Source: Octopus vulgaris
Taxonomy: Eukaryota
Length of the DNA stretch: 64,000 nucleotides
Reading direction: 5' to 3'
NCBI GenBank assembly: GCA_951406725.2
Contig: OX597814.1
Coordinates: 8,432,001 to 8,496,000, forward strand
A model generated the notes under the pieces. That model was not told the DNA's origin and did no database searches. It was given only the letters and a program-made list of their open reading frames with translations. The position numbers and the translations under genes are program-made. This document shows, one piece after another, positions 25,096-37,898 of the stretch (positions within the stretch are counted from its first letter, which is position 1; every line of letters begins with the position of its first letter).

Positions 25096-25487
25096 ACTTT
25101 ACTGTTCAAACTGACAGAAAGATAGATGCAAATAGGCCAGACTTTATATTAAAGGGCTTCAGACGAAAATCTTGCCTCCTCATTTATATGGCTGTCCCAA
25201 TCAACATAAATCTATCTCTCAAGACCCTCCAAAAACTGAATAACTATAAAGATCTTGATATAGAAATTGGCAAAATGTGGAACCTCAAGACTAAGCCAAT
25301 AATTGTTGTCACAGGTGCCCTAGGATTGAGCACAAAAGGAGCCGATTGCTACTTTGCTCAGATACAAGGAAATCCAAAACTGGAAGAAATTCAAATAATA
25401 GTGCTCATAGGTACTGCCCATACCCTACATAAAATAGTGTCTATGTAATCCTCAAACCATTTTAATCTGCAAATGTCAAAATATTTA
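25096..25487 (+). mobile_element. R4/Dong-type LINE REL-endonuclease 3' fragment; near-identical inverted copy of ~31890-32285
   Basis: FTVQTDRKIDANRPDF...GTAHTLHKIVSM is identical to the end of ORF 31932..32450. Confidence 0.88.
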
Positions 25488-25491
25488 AGTA

Positions 25492-25627
25492 GCTTGCTTA
25501 CCAACCACATGGTCATGGGTTCAGTCCCACTGCGTGGCACCTTGGGCAAGTGTCTTCTACTATAGCCTCAGGCCGACCAAAGCCTTGTGAGTGGATTTGG
25601 TAGACTGAAACTGGAAGAAGCCTGTTG

Positions 25628-25720
<93 letters not shown>

Positions 25721-25920
25721 GTGTGTGTGTGTCCTTGTTTGTCCCCCCAACATTGCTTGACAACTGATGCTGGTGTGTTTACGTCCCCGTAACTTAGCGG
25801 TTCGGCAAAAGACACTGATAGAATAAGTACTCAGAATAAGATCTGTGGTCGATTTGCTCGACTGATGATGGTGCTCCAGCATGGAAACTGTCAAATGATT
25901 GAAACAAGTAAAAAGTAAAA
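25492..25920 (+). mobile_element. tRNA-derived SINE with internal (TA)n
   Basis: B-box-like GGGTTCAGTCCC followed by GTGGCACCTTGGGCAAGTG; homologous reverse copies at ~57570-57932 and ~62900-63075. Confidence 0.75.
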
Positions 25921-25974
25921 AAAAGAAAAATAGCAAACACATTTTCCCACCATCTATCATCTTATAATCCAACT

Positions 25975-26440
25975 AGCAAACGCACCTGTCTTTTGGATGG
26001 TTTAAGTTTCTTTCGTGGAACTTTTTCACTTTGTTCCAGGTGTCACCTGAGCTCATTGAGCCATTTGCTCAGTGGTATCTCCCATGAAGTAAATTTCAAC
26101 GAATCGGGGTTCAGCATTGTTGACAGGAGGAATAGAGCCTATCTGATGATAGGATTGGCCCTGAATTTTGAATGTTGGCATATAGGAGTCTTCATGAATA
26201 GGTTTGTGACCAAAATTTGTCATCTGGAAGGCAGAGTTATAAGCACGAGTTTTCGGTATAAATTGCTGTGAATCAAGGTGTTGACCAAGGAGTAAAGAGA
26301 AGAAAGGCCGAAGAGTGTTGTGCAGGACAAACGAACCTTTCTCTTTGAGTAGCATTGGACACTGGATTCTCCAACCCACTTGCAGGCCTTGCAAAATGGA
26401 CATATTAGAGAAATAACCCCAGTAACAATCTCTCAAAGAG
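25975..26440 (-). mobile_element. Helitron Rep/helicase N-terminal fragment
   Basis: RAYNSAFQMTNFG...YMPTFKIQGQSYHQIGSIPP...EPRFVEIYFMGD is a typical Helitron motif block. Confidence 0.8.
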
Positions 26441-26889
26441 AGGCGTAATCATCGGCAGGATAATAGGTGAGCACATTTTGATGCCCACCAACAACTCAGT
26501 GGTTTCCAGTAGCTATGGGCAATAGCCATCTGGTGAAGATTAGACTGAAGTCTCATCATCCGATGGTTATCTTCATCTGCCAATGTATTTGAGACAATGG
26601 ACAACAGTCGAAATATCATAACGGATGGGTAAATAAGCATTCTTCAAGTGAAACAATGCATTAGTAGGTAAACAAAGTTATTATCAAAGAGAAGAGAGGA
26701 AAGAGAACGTCATCTTTGAAGTAACTCAGAATAGGTAAATGTATAATAATATAAGGAAATTATTGTATACAGTGCTCAGGTGCACCACAACTCGTCAAAA
26801 GTGTGTATAAAGCATCTGCAGTAATCTACAAATGTCCGGGAAGTGAACAATGTATGAGTCAGATACATGCTTGCATGTGTATGGAGGGG

Positions 26890-27480
26890 AGAAAATCAGG
26901 TGTAGTGTTGGCGAATCCCAGGAAGCAAGGAAGTTTTGAAGGATGCAGTGCTCCGACAACTAACAACCGATGCTGGCAGTTTGTTCCATGCTTCAGCAAC
27001 TCTCAGCGTAAAAAAATGTCTCCGAAAGTCATGGGAGCTGTGCTGTTTTCTGACTTTGTAAACATGTCCACAGGTGTTAAACAGGTGGAGTTTGAAAAGG
27101 TGCTCAGAGTTATTGTTTGTAAGATGGTTAATAATTTTATAGGTGTCTGCCAAGTCAGCTGCCAGACGTCAGCATTTCAAGGTATCCATGCCCAGGGAAG
27201 TAAGGCGTTCAGAATCTGGCAAATGCTTGATGGAGGGTATTCTCTTGGTTGCACGTTGCTGAACGGCTTCCAGATGATTAATATCCTGGGCATAATAAGG
27301 GTTCCAGACCAGTGATGCAAATTCCAAGTGAGGCCACACCATAGCTATACAAAGCCACAGATAGATAGCTGGAGAGCGGCTCACAAAGGACTTGGTAAGT
27401 GATGTCAAGACACCCTTAGCCTTCTTGACAATTTTAGCAATAGGTAAGTGATGCCAAGACACCCTCAGCCTTCTTGGCAA
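26890..27480 (-). mobile_element. CR1 LINE 3' fragment
   Basis: PHLEFASLVWNPY..DINHLEAVQQRATKRIP and RRHFFTLRVAEAWNKLPASVV. Confidence 0.85.
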
Positions 27481-27679
27481 TGTAAGCTTGCCTCAGTTTA
27501 ATGCAGCTTATATATGGAGATTAAGATTAGTATTGGATATTCATCATGTACAATGTTCCTAGTCAATTTAATCACTGTCAAAAATATTCTCTAATGTTAA
27601 TATGTGACAATATGGATGAAGAAAGTATGGAAGACCCTACATACAAAGAAACTACATACATACAACGAATTTGGAAAAT

Positions 27680-28073
27680 TTGGATCTGCTGAATTTGGCT
27701 TAGATTTTTTTTATTAATTTATTTTAACGAAAGAGTTTGAAACTTTGTATACCAGTGGAATTTCTCACCCAGAACATGGTTTATTTTTAACATAGTTGAC
27801 AAAATTATCTATTTTAGAAGTTATTTCATGTGCCACCTTTATCAATTTTATCGCAAACAGCAGTAGCTTTCTTCAGCTGAATACATGCCATTGATTGGTT
27901 AAAATTACTCAAATATGACAACTTTAACACGAAATGACTTCTAATATACGGAATTTTGTCAAAAACGTTCAAAGTAAAGCATGTAATGTGTGAGAAATTC
28001 CACCAGTATATGAAGTTTCAAACTGTTTAGTTAAAAAATTTAAGAAATCCATGCACGAAACTGAACAGATCCA
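27680..28073. mobile_element. MITE-like element with imperfect terminal inverted repeats
   Basis: TTGGATCTG...GTTTGAAACTTTGTATACCAGTGGAATTTCTCA mirrored by TGAGAAATTCCACCAGTATATGAAGTTTCAAAC...CAGATCCAA; related to the arms of 30789-31871. Confidence 0.65.
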
Positions 28074-28597
28074 AAATATCAGCTAAATAAGGTTTCTTGG
28101 ATAAATCTTTAAAATTTCTTTTTTTTTTTTGTTTTGCTGCTATATTTCAATGAACTTGTTAAACTTTTTTATGTTCTCAACATGCTCTTGTCACCAAAGA
28201 ATGTATATTTATAGTACTCTGTGTCAACCGATATTCTGTGCGTGTTTAAATATACAGATACAATACCAATACCAATATCAATTCCTTCCGGAAACTATCT
28301 TAACCATGTTCTTGAGAATGATTATTTATGTAGTAATCTTTTGTGCCCAATATTTTAAGGAACTTGTTGAACTTTTTTATGTCCTTAACATATCCCTGTT
28401 AGCAAAGACTGTATATATGTAATGTAGCAATTTGTAACAACTAATAATTAACGCAACCAAACTACTATATGTTACTTTTGACAATCTTTTTCCAAAGAGT
28501 GAAACCGGTAAAGTAAATAAACATCTTTTAAAATTGCATTTTCAAACCTTCTTTCGTATATAATTCCACGTGTGCGGTACCCTACAACTCCACTTTG

Positions 28598-28599
<2 letters not shown>

Positions 28600-28633
<34 letters not shown>

Positions 28634-30650
28634 TATTCCTAACTAGATTATGGGAAACTATACAAAGGATTTTCCCTCTGTATCATGTTTTTGACCCATG
28701 GATGCTTTGAAAAGATCTAAGAAGTCACTATACTTTCATAAATTTCCTAGTGTAACAGGAGAGAATAACAGGTGGGGGACTTGTGGGAAAATGGGGATTC
28801 GGTTTCAAAGCCCAGCATTTCAAACTTTAATTTGTCTTCCCCCTACCCTATCAACTACAAATGTATATTATGTGTGTGTGTGTGTGAGTCTATGTGTACA
28901 CACAAGCTGAATTTTTGTGGAAAAAAACACGGCAACAAGTGTGTGTGCATACACAAACTGAGATAAAAACGTGCCAATTAGTGGCCACCATTGGTGAAAA
29001 CCAGATAAATTCTGTGTTGACTGACAAAAATGAAAGTGAAGTCTCTGGATGTGTCAAAAATGAAAGTGAAATCTTCTCTAACCTACATTCACCTTCATTT
29101 CCTATAATAAAATAAACTATTTCAGGTTTTTCTTCTTTTGAAAAGTTTCCTTTATGTCGTCTGTTGTAAATAATAATAATAAACTTTTATCACAAAGTTT
29201 TCTTGGAAAATAAATTGTATAAAAGAGGGCGGAGGGGAAGCGTTTTTTTCTGGGAAAACCATTGATGTCATACAAAGTTGTTGTTAAACCAATCAACAGC
29301 TTAAAAACGATTAGATAAAGATTCAAGTTTCAGTTTTACTCAGAGTTGTTACGAGGTAAGTCTTCGTTTTACATCTTCCTAATTTAATTTCTTTAATCCT
29401 GTCTCCTCTCCATTGCTTTACAAATACTTTACAAAATCGCTTTCAATACTTTTCCTTACATTATAACTACATGGATTTGTTGTTTCCTCTCCGTTTCCAG
29501 GATGTGTGTGTGTGTGTGTACGTATTTCCAAGTGTTGTGGGTATATGTGATGTGTGTCATTATGTATGTCTGCAAAGCCATCGATATCCCCCCCCCCCAT
29601 CATTGGAACCTCTTGAAGTTATTTCTAGTAAATTTCATTCAAGAACATCAACTTTTCTGAAAGTTACGAACAAACAAAATCGATGGAGGGGGCACCTGTG
29701 TAAGGTATGCCATGTTTTCCTGGTCATAAAAGGAAGACCTGTAATAAAGTCACAAATAATTTATGTCCCCCACCTAGGACAAAACCCCCTCGGACAATCG
29801 CCCCCACCTCTGGATAAAACTCCCATAGTTTTCCTGTTAATTTTTTTTGTTACCTGGATTCCATAAAATTATGTTGAAAGTTTTAACGTACGTGAAGCTA
29901 GAAATGGCAGCCAAGTCTCCTCATATAGGCCACACCCTAGAAGAAGACAATTGTTTCATTATCAGGGATACTAACACGTCAGTTTCATGTTGATATTTAA
30001 GACGATGGGGGCATTTCTGGCAAATGACCGCCGCCCCAGTAGAATGAAAATATAGCAAATGTGGACTAGGATTGAACAGGAGTTGTAGTGAGAAGCAACC
30101 GAAAAGGTATGTGGAAACTTGTTTGGATTTGGTTTGAGAGAATCTCTGAATAAACAGATTTTCTTTTTCTTTCGGTTCTTTATTAATTGATGTAATACAC
30201 CATACATACATACATACATACATACAGGTATAGTATACATTTCATACATATACACACACATATACAATGCCTGTATACATTGATAAATGCGGGGTGGGAG
30301 GGACAGATTCAGAGTTGGAAATGCCGTGTGGTTTTTAGCGAAATCGGAATAATTTGTTATCATCGAAAACATGGGAATTATTTATCCAAGATTTCCCAAC
30401 AGGTTTCCTATTAATTGAAGCCGCTTTAGTAAAAGGTTACTCTGTAATGTTTGTTGATTACGGAAATATAATTACACGTTACCTCACCTTTTTTACTGCG
30501 ATTCATTTTTAGTCTTAATTTTATTGCTTTCATTTTGATTTCTTGGGTGTGGCGTTAAAAGGCCGTAACCTGACAAATGGGTTTTTGTTTAGATGTTTTC
30601 TTTCTCTCTTTCTATCTTTCCTTCTCTCTCTCTTTCTTTCTTTCCTTCTT
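28600..30650 (+). repeat. Inner inverted-duplication arm (partner of 22700-24750)
   Basis: Bounded by (TA)n on the inner side and a TC-rich tract on the outer side, as is its partner. Confidence 0.95.
29025..29361 (+). promoter_or_regulatory. Putative promoter and non-coding exon 1 of paralog A (IRF/STAT/Rel-like motif cluster)
   Basis: TGAAAGTGAA twice (29031, 29061), TTCTTGGAA 29200-29208, TATAAAA 29218-29224, GGGCGG box, TTCTGGGAA 29248-29256 overlapping GGGAAAACC, TGATGTCA, CCAAT 29289, AGTTTCAGTTTT 29326-29337, donor GAG|GTAAGT 29355/29356. Confidence 0.55.
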
Positions 30651-30788
30651 TCTCCACTTTTCTCTTCATTGCTCCTCCACCTCCCCTCCAGCTCCCTGAA
30701 AACATAAGTAAATTAAAAGATGGCTTCAAAAGTAATTTCATTATAAGATGATAGTCTGACATGAAGATGGCGGGAAAAGGTGTTTGTT

Positions 30789-31871
30789 AGGATCTTTTCT
30801 TTTTGATGGACGGAATTTTCTAGTTAACTAAACAATTTGAAACTTCGTATCCTTGTAGAATGTGTCAAAAGAAAACATTATTGTAAACAAAATTGTAATT
30901 TGTAACTTTAACGTAGTTTAATTCTTCGAATTTTAACTAATGAAATCCTAGCATTTGAGCTGAAATCATTTGCTGCGTCTAAAAACTCGCACACACACAC
31001 ACACACACACACGTCTTATTCATCCTTCTCTCTCTTCTGTCTTCTGCATGTGCTAGAAATAACAGCTATATCTCTTAAATCGATGAATTTCGTCGCCCAA
31101 TAAAAATATTAACGATATTTTTTGAATATTTTCTTTATTTTTTTTTTACCGAAAAGGCTTCTCCCATGGTTTTGAAGAGCCAGAAACAACAAAAACAAAG
31201 CAATAATATGTCTAAAGCGGTCGAGAGTTTGCGTGTGGAGTGTGAGTCGTATTGTAAAAATTTGAAAAATATTTTTTCATAAAAGGATGCCCCAGCTTGT
31301 CGGAAGCTGTGATATAAATTGGGAAAAAAATCCTCGACATCAGTGCGTAATTGGTACTTAATTTATCGACCCCGAAACGATGAAACATTGACCCCCCACC
31401 CTTCTGGTTTATTTACCTTTTGTGCAAATTTGTTGCAGCAAGGGGCAACTCACAAACATGTATGTATGCTTGTGTGCGTATGTGTGTGTATGTATATGTC
31501 CATTTGTATGTGTGTGTACGCTTATATATTAATTACTATGTGCTTGTGCAAATGTATATGCATGTGTTTGAGAGAGAGAGAGAGTGTGTGTGTGCATGTG
31601 TGTCATGCGTCAGCTATGTTTGTTTATCAATATCAATAACGCAGCAAATGATTTGAGCTCAAATGCTGCGATTTCATTGGTTAAAATTCGAAGATGATGG
31701 GATTTCATTGGTTAAAATTTGAAGAATTAAACTACGTTAAAGTTACAAATTACAATTTTGTTTTCAATTTTGTTTACAATAATGTTTTCTTTTGACACAT
31801 TCTACCAGTATACGAAGTTTCAAATTTTTTAGTTAACTAGAAAATTCCGTCCATCAAAAAGAAAAGATCCT
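30789..31871. mobile_element. Foldback/MITE-like element with ~190-230 bp inverted arms and a microsatellite-rich interior
   Basis: 30789-30979 (GGATCTTTTCTTTTTGATGGACGG...) is the reverse complement of ~31640-31871 (...CCGTCCATCAAAAAGAAAAGATCC). Confidence 0.8.
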
Positions 31872-31889
31872 TTTGGTATTATGTACATT

Positions 31890-33199
31890 TAAAAATATTT
31901 TGACTTTTTGCCGATTAAAATGTTTTGAGGATTACATAGACACTATTTTATGTAGGGTATGGGCAGTACCTATGAGCACTATTATTTGAATTTCTTCCAG
32001 TTTTGGATTTCCTTGTATCTGAGCAAAGTAGCAATCGGCTCCTTTTGTGCTCAATCCTAGGGCACCTGTGACAACAATTATTGGCTTAGTCTTGAGGTTC
32101 CACATTTTGCCAATTTCTATATCAAGATCTTTATAGTTATTCAGTTTTTGGAGGGTCTTGAGAGATAGATTTATGTTGATTGGGACAGCCATATAAATGA
32201 GGAGGCAAGATTTTCGTCTGAAGCCCTTTAATATAAAGTCTGGCCTATTTGCATCTATCTTTCTGTCAGTTTGAACAGTAAAGTTCCAAAGGAGTGAGAT
32301 GTGGTGATTTTCAAGCACCGGAGATGGTTTGTGTTCCCACAAGTTTTTATCATGGAGCAGGTTCAAATTTTTGCAAATTATCCAGTGAATATACTGTGCT
32401 GTCGTATCATACCTGTTGAGATACTCTGTAGGCGCATGAAAACTGCACATGGAGACAGCATGATTGATGGTCTCATTTTGTTGCTCCCATACACGACATG
32501 TTGGGCTACTGCCGTTCTTTACTATGGTGACCTGGTAGCTCCTTGTAGGTAGCTCCTTGGGCTTCTATGATAAAACCTTCTGTCTCTGATTTTAAACTAG
32601 AAGACACTAACCATTGATGGGTAAGGGCTTTGTCAACATCCACATTATAGCTCTTTTTGGGTATTTGCCATTAAAAGGCTTTTCATGCCATTTATCATTC
32701 GGAATATCTAAGGTAGCAGTTTTACCATGGGTTTTCATACACTTAGCTTTTTCTGTGCTTGTTTCCTGTACATCTAATTTTAGAATTTGTTGTATTTGGA
32801 ATTCACTTAGATATTCCTTTGCCTGTTTTGTTACTGAATATGATGTTTTCCTATTTCCATGCTTTAAGACAAATTTTAACATCCAGTCATCAGTATTTTT
32901 CAGGTAGGTGTCTAGGCCAATTGTAGCAATCTTCATTGTTAATTCAAGTTGTAAAAGTCCATGGCCATCCTTTTTTTCTTGGCAGATAAAGTCATTCTAT
33001 ATCTGCCTTTGGGTAGTGCAATCTATGCATTGTCAACAGTTTTCATATTTTCTGTCAAGATTACATATTTCAGTAATTGACCAGTTAACGATATTGAAAC
33101 TATAAGTCACGACCGGTATGGCTAAAGTATTGATCACTTTGGTTGTGTTTCTTGCGTTTAGCTCTGTCTTGAGTATTGTCCTTACCCTGCGATAACATT
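31890..33199 (-). mobile_element. R4/Dong-type REL non-LTR retrotransposon 3' part
   Basis: EYLNRYDTTAQYIHWIIC...WEHKPSPVLEN..LLWNFTVQTDRKIDANRPD; KWHEKPFNGKY. Confidence 0.85.
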
Positions 33200-36100
33200 T
33201 GTGGCAGAGTTGTTTCTGTGTCCAAATATAACTATGTAAGAATGTAACTTGAGTTAATTTTCACCAGTTTTAGTGTGTTACCAATAAATACACAATGTGG
33301 GAATCAATGAAAGAGTTGCATCTGTGAGGCATTGACAAAATACATCAGAAAGCTATATTATAACAAACACCTTAATTTATTTGGGTAGCAATGGGAGTAG
33401 ACAGTTTTATGTAGAATTCAAGAAGCCTATTGGACTCACTACTACATACATAGGTGGAAGCATACTGCAATAAAGGTTGTAAGAAGTTTAAACAGGCAAG
33501 TTCCGTCCATAGAGAATAATGGGATTCTCTGTGTGTGCTTTATGTAATCCCAAAGTTTATGGCATTAAGTTGGTGAAATAACACAGCTGTTCATGTCGAA
33601 GTAATGCCGTCAGAGGTAGTGCCCTTCTGAAGTCCCACTGAAAATAGCTGTATTCTTGTCGAAGTCTTCTGCTAGCTGTTGTTTGACTGACTGGAACAGC
33701 ATCCCTTTCTGGTCAAGTAACACCATATTTATAACTGTGCAACCATCTCCAGCTAAATATGGTTTCTTTGACACACTACATGACATCCCCACACTTCAGA
33801 CTGTGAGTTGATACAAATAATATAAAGAAAGAATAAATGCAAAAAAAGCAAAATATTCACACAAATGTAAAAAAAGAAGCACACACAAGTGACAAAAAGA
33901 AATATTAATATATCAAGCAACAAGTAAGTGTGCTAAAAGACAGTTAAAGGCAGTCAGGGCCAGTTCATTTATAAAGATTTTCTCCAAGTCTTTCAGGCCA
34001 ATGGACATAACCACTGCAAGTTGTTGTGACATATCTTGGTGAAGGTGGGGGAGGTGTTTGTGGAACTGTATGTGTAGGGAGTGTATATGTTTGTGGCGAG
34101 GTGTGTGTGAGGGATGTATGTGGCTCTGGGGTATTAGCATCCGCGTAAATCCTCTTCATTCTGACAATAGAGACAGTGTCTCTAGAACCATTATAGTCAA
34201 TAGGGAAATGCTTTTCAGTGGGACTTCTCATGGCATCATTTCTAACAAAAATGTGGGTCCATGAGGATTGCAGGTTTTACAATTTGATGTCAAGTGTTCA
34301 TTGGTGATAAGTCCTGAAAATATGAATGAAGGTGGTTCACATTGAGTGCAGGATCTTGAATAGAAAGGTTGACTGGGGTGTGCATCAACCCTGGTAAAGA
34401 TAAGGAAGCACCATACAGCAGCGTAGCTGTGGAGTATCTGAGATCCTCCTTGAGCACAGGCTAAATGCTAAGGAGCACTATGGGGAGGTACTCACTCCAG
34501 CATTGAGTATCAGGGTAGGCATGAAACATAGATTTCAACTGACAATGGAAGTGCTCTAGTATTCCATTAGATGCAGAATGATAACTGGTAATCCAGATCT
34601 GTTGAGCACCAATGATTTTTGGGAGTTCTGAGAAAAGGTGAGATTCCAATTGTCTACCATGGTCTGTCATAATAGTGGTATGGACAGCATAATGTGATAT
34701 CCAGCCTGATACCAGGGCTCTCACTACAGATTCAGCAGAGATAATAATTAAAGGAATGGCTTCAGGCCAGTGAGTGAACCAGTCAGGTCAGGGTCCTACA
34801 AGATCAATATGAATGTGGCAGAAACATGCATCAGGTGTACTAAAGGTACCAAGTGGTGCCCAGATGTCCTCATGCACCTTCGACTTCTGGCATTGGAGAC
34901 AAGTTTGGTCCATTCAGTAATGTCGCATCTCATAATTTGGCCAGAAGAATTTAGCTGTTTTGAACTTTACTGAAGCCGAAGCTCCAGGATGTGAAAGACT
35001 GCAAAGCTCCAAATACAGCTCGTTGATGGGTCATTGGGATGAAAGGATGAGGCGAATCCATCAATACATCACTCAAGATCAGCTGATCAGTAGTTGGAAG
35101 AGGCAGGTACTTGAATTTGCATGTCACATACTCAGAAGAAGTGTCAAGTAAGTTGAGAGGAGGAGGTTGGTCAGAGGACAAAACAGTCAGGTCAATTTCC
35201 AGAGTTGATGATAAAGAATTCACTGGCAGTGTTTTGAGCTCCTTAGATGTGCTGGAGATCACTGGTAAATTGTGATACAAAGTCCAAGTGTCTAGTCTCC
35301 CTTGGTGAATATTCTCAGGTTTGGACCACAAGGCAAGGGTAAGGGGCTTATGATCACTTTGGATGGTAAAGTTCCTCCCTTCAAGGATGTGCTAGAAATA
35401 CTTCACTGAAAAGTAGATCACCAACAATTTGTGACCAAAGGTACTGCAACACGTCTCAGCAGGTTTTAGCTGCTGAGAGAAAAATGCAAGTGATTGTAGG
35501 TGTTGTTGGTGAAACTGTTGTAACATCACACCAATTGTTGTGTCCAAGGCATCAATCACAAGCAAAAGCTTTGCATCAGAGATAGAATGCATGAGGAGAG
35601 ATGCTTTAGCAAGTTCATGTTTCACAGCATCAAAAGCTTCCTTCTGGGCTGGAGTCAATACAATGACTTCATACTTCTTACGACAGTTCCTTAAAAGCTC
35701 AGTAAATGGAGACAGGAGACCAATGCAGTGAGGAATGGAGTGGCAATAAAAGTTCAGCAAGCCAAGGAAAAGGCACAACTGGCAAAGGAAAGTAGGAAAA
35801 AGAAGGTCCTCAATGGGGTTGTTATTGTGGTCTTTGGAATGTCCTCTGGGTGAACAGGAATTTGGTGATAAGCTCTCATGAGATCAAGCTTGGAAAATAA
35901 AGTACATCCAAACAATGAGGAAGCAAACTCTTGGAGATAAAGAATTGGATAACTCTCAGGAATAGCGATAGCATTGAGATGTCTAAAATCTGGATCCCTT
36001 GAGAAGGCCCATTGGCTTGCGAAAGTGTAAATAATTCTGAGCTGCACTATAATGTTTTGTAGTGAGAGCAGCTACACTCACTAGAAAATCCAAGTTGGTG

Positions 36101-36490
36101 AGCTCTGGAAAAGAGTCCAAAATTGATCGATCTGGGTTTCCAGTTGCTATCATAAAGAATACCAGACTAGCCAACAGAGTACTCAACTTTTGTCCTAAAA
36201 TAGCAAGATCTGTAGTACTGTCACTGCTTACATCAACAAGAAGGAAGTAGTGATGGAGAAAATCTGCACTGAGAATAGGGTAAGGCAGGTCGGTGATGAT
36301 GAAAATTCATTGAAAATCTTTTCGCATGGCCAAATCCAAGGAAAGAGAGATTTGACCATATGTCTGTATAGGCCAGTGGCTCACAGCTTGCAGGGTGACT
36401 GCAGAAAGAGGAGTTATATTTTTGGTAAATTTAACTGGCAAAATACTGCAGGCAGCACCAGAACCAGCAAGAAAGAGTTTGTGTGTGGTT
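33200..36490 (-). mobile_element. Degenerate Gypsy LTR retrotransposon (RT, RNase H, integrase; possible 3' LTR ~33200-33785)
   Basis: FSKLDLMRAYHQIPVHPEDIPKTTITTP; FLGLLNFY...IDALDTTIGVMLQQ...LAFFSQQL; TDHGRQLES...TSYHSASNGILEHFH. Confidence 0.85.
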
Positions 36491-37259
36491 ATGTAGGTGC
36501 CCCTGACCCAAATGGTAAAGGGTTAACTGTAATTATGTGTTTGTAAGAAAGAGAAAGAATGTGAGAACAAGAGAGGGGAAGAGAGAGAGAGAGGGGGATG
36601 AGGCAGATACACAAATTAAACTCCTTGGGTTTGATATTCTATTGATATATACATGTATACATGATAAGAAAGAGAAAGCAAAGACTGAAAATTTTCAGGT
36701 GATAAATATATAGATATTTATATATTAATAGAAGAAACTTACACTGACACAGAAAATTAAAGAGGCTAAGATATAGTGTTACAAGTCTGACATCTGTTTC
36801 TGAGGGTTCAGAGTTACTTCATAATGTTAGCAGATGTAGTTCAACTAAATATGCAACCAAAAATGGAAGCAAATAAACAGTGGATAAATCTGAACTGTGT
36901 CTTCAGGATGGAGAGATTGTATGTGTGTATATTAGAATGAAAAATGCAGGTGTAGGTTGCTAGAATATTCTTAAGTATTGAATCTGGAAAAATATGGGAC
37001 AAGAAGAAAGAAAATTTTAAATGTTGCACCCGAAGTTAGAATTTACTAAAATTTTCATCAAATGTATTTGAACTTTCTACAGCTGGATACCCTTCTTAAT
37101 GCCAACCACTCTGAGAGTGTAATGGGTGCCTTTATGGGCCACCGACACAGGTACCATTTGTGTGACACTGGTATCTGTCACAACTGCAATTTGGCTTGGC
37201 TTAATGGACCTTCTTCTCAAGCACCACATAACGGAATTGGTCTTGGTCATTGCTTCCAT

Positions 37260-37390
37260 GAGGCCCAACACTCAAAAGGAACTCAGCCACTTTACCTCCG
37301 TGAAATCCAATGCTTAAAATGAACTCGGCCACTTTGCCTCTGTGAGGCCCAACGCTCAAAAGGAACTTGGCCACTTTGCCTCTGTGAGGC
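37260..37390. repeat. Tandem 42-bp minisatellite, three copies
   Basis: GAGGCCCAACRCTCAAAAGGAACTYRGCCACTTTRCCTCYGT-like units at 37260, 37302 (more diverged) and 37344. Confidence 0.85.
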
Positions 37391-37890
37391 AGGTAGTGAT
37401 TCAGCTATAAATGCAAAGTTATCAGTATAGAGGAGCTCCGAGGGGTAGCCTGTCTTGATTTCCTCTGTTATTGCCTGGAGGACTATGATGAACAAGAATG
37501 GGCAGAGGAATGATCCTTGGTGAACCCCTACTTGTAACCTGAATTCTTTGCCATACTCATTGCTAACTTTCATCTTACTGGTAGCATTCTTGTACATAGC
37601 TTGTATAGCACTCACCAATCACTCGTCTATCACTAGTTTCCACATTGAGCACCAGTTAAGAGATTGGGGACCCTGACAAAGGTTTTCTCAAAGTCAAGAA
37701 AAGCCAGGTACAGAGGTTTATCTTTGGCTGGGTATTTCTCCTGCAGCTTTCTTACCAGAAATATAGCATCAGTGGTGCTTCTCCCTGGCACGAAACGAAA
37801 CTGCATCTCACCTAGGCTAATTCCCTCCATAATTAGTTGGCCTATGACTCTCTCCATAATTTTTATCATCTGATCCAACAATTTGATACC
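37391..37890 (-). mobile_element. RTE LINE RT fragment
   Basis: MQFRFVPGRSTTDAIFLVRKLQEKY; GVHQGSFLCPFLF. Confidence 0.85.
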
Positions 37891-37898
37891 GCTCACCT

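Noticed and set aside
37260-37390. Three 42-bp repeats, superficially CRISPR-like
   Set aside because: Units are contiguous with no unique spacers, the context is eukaryotic, and no cas genes are present
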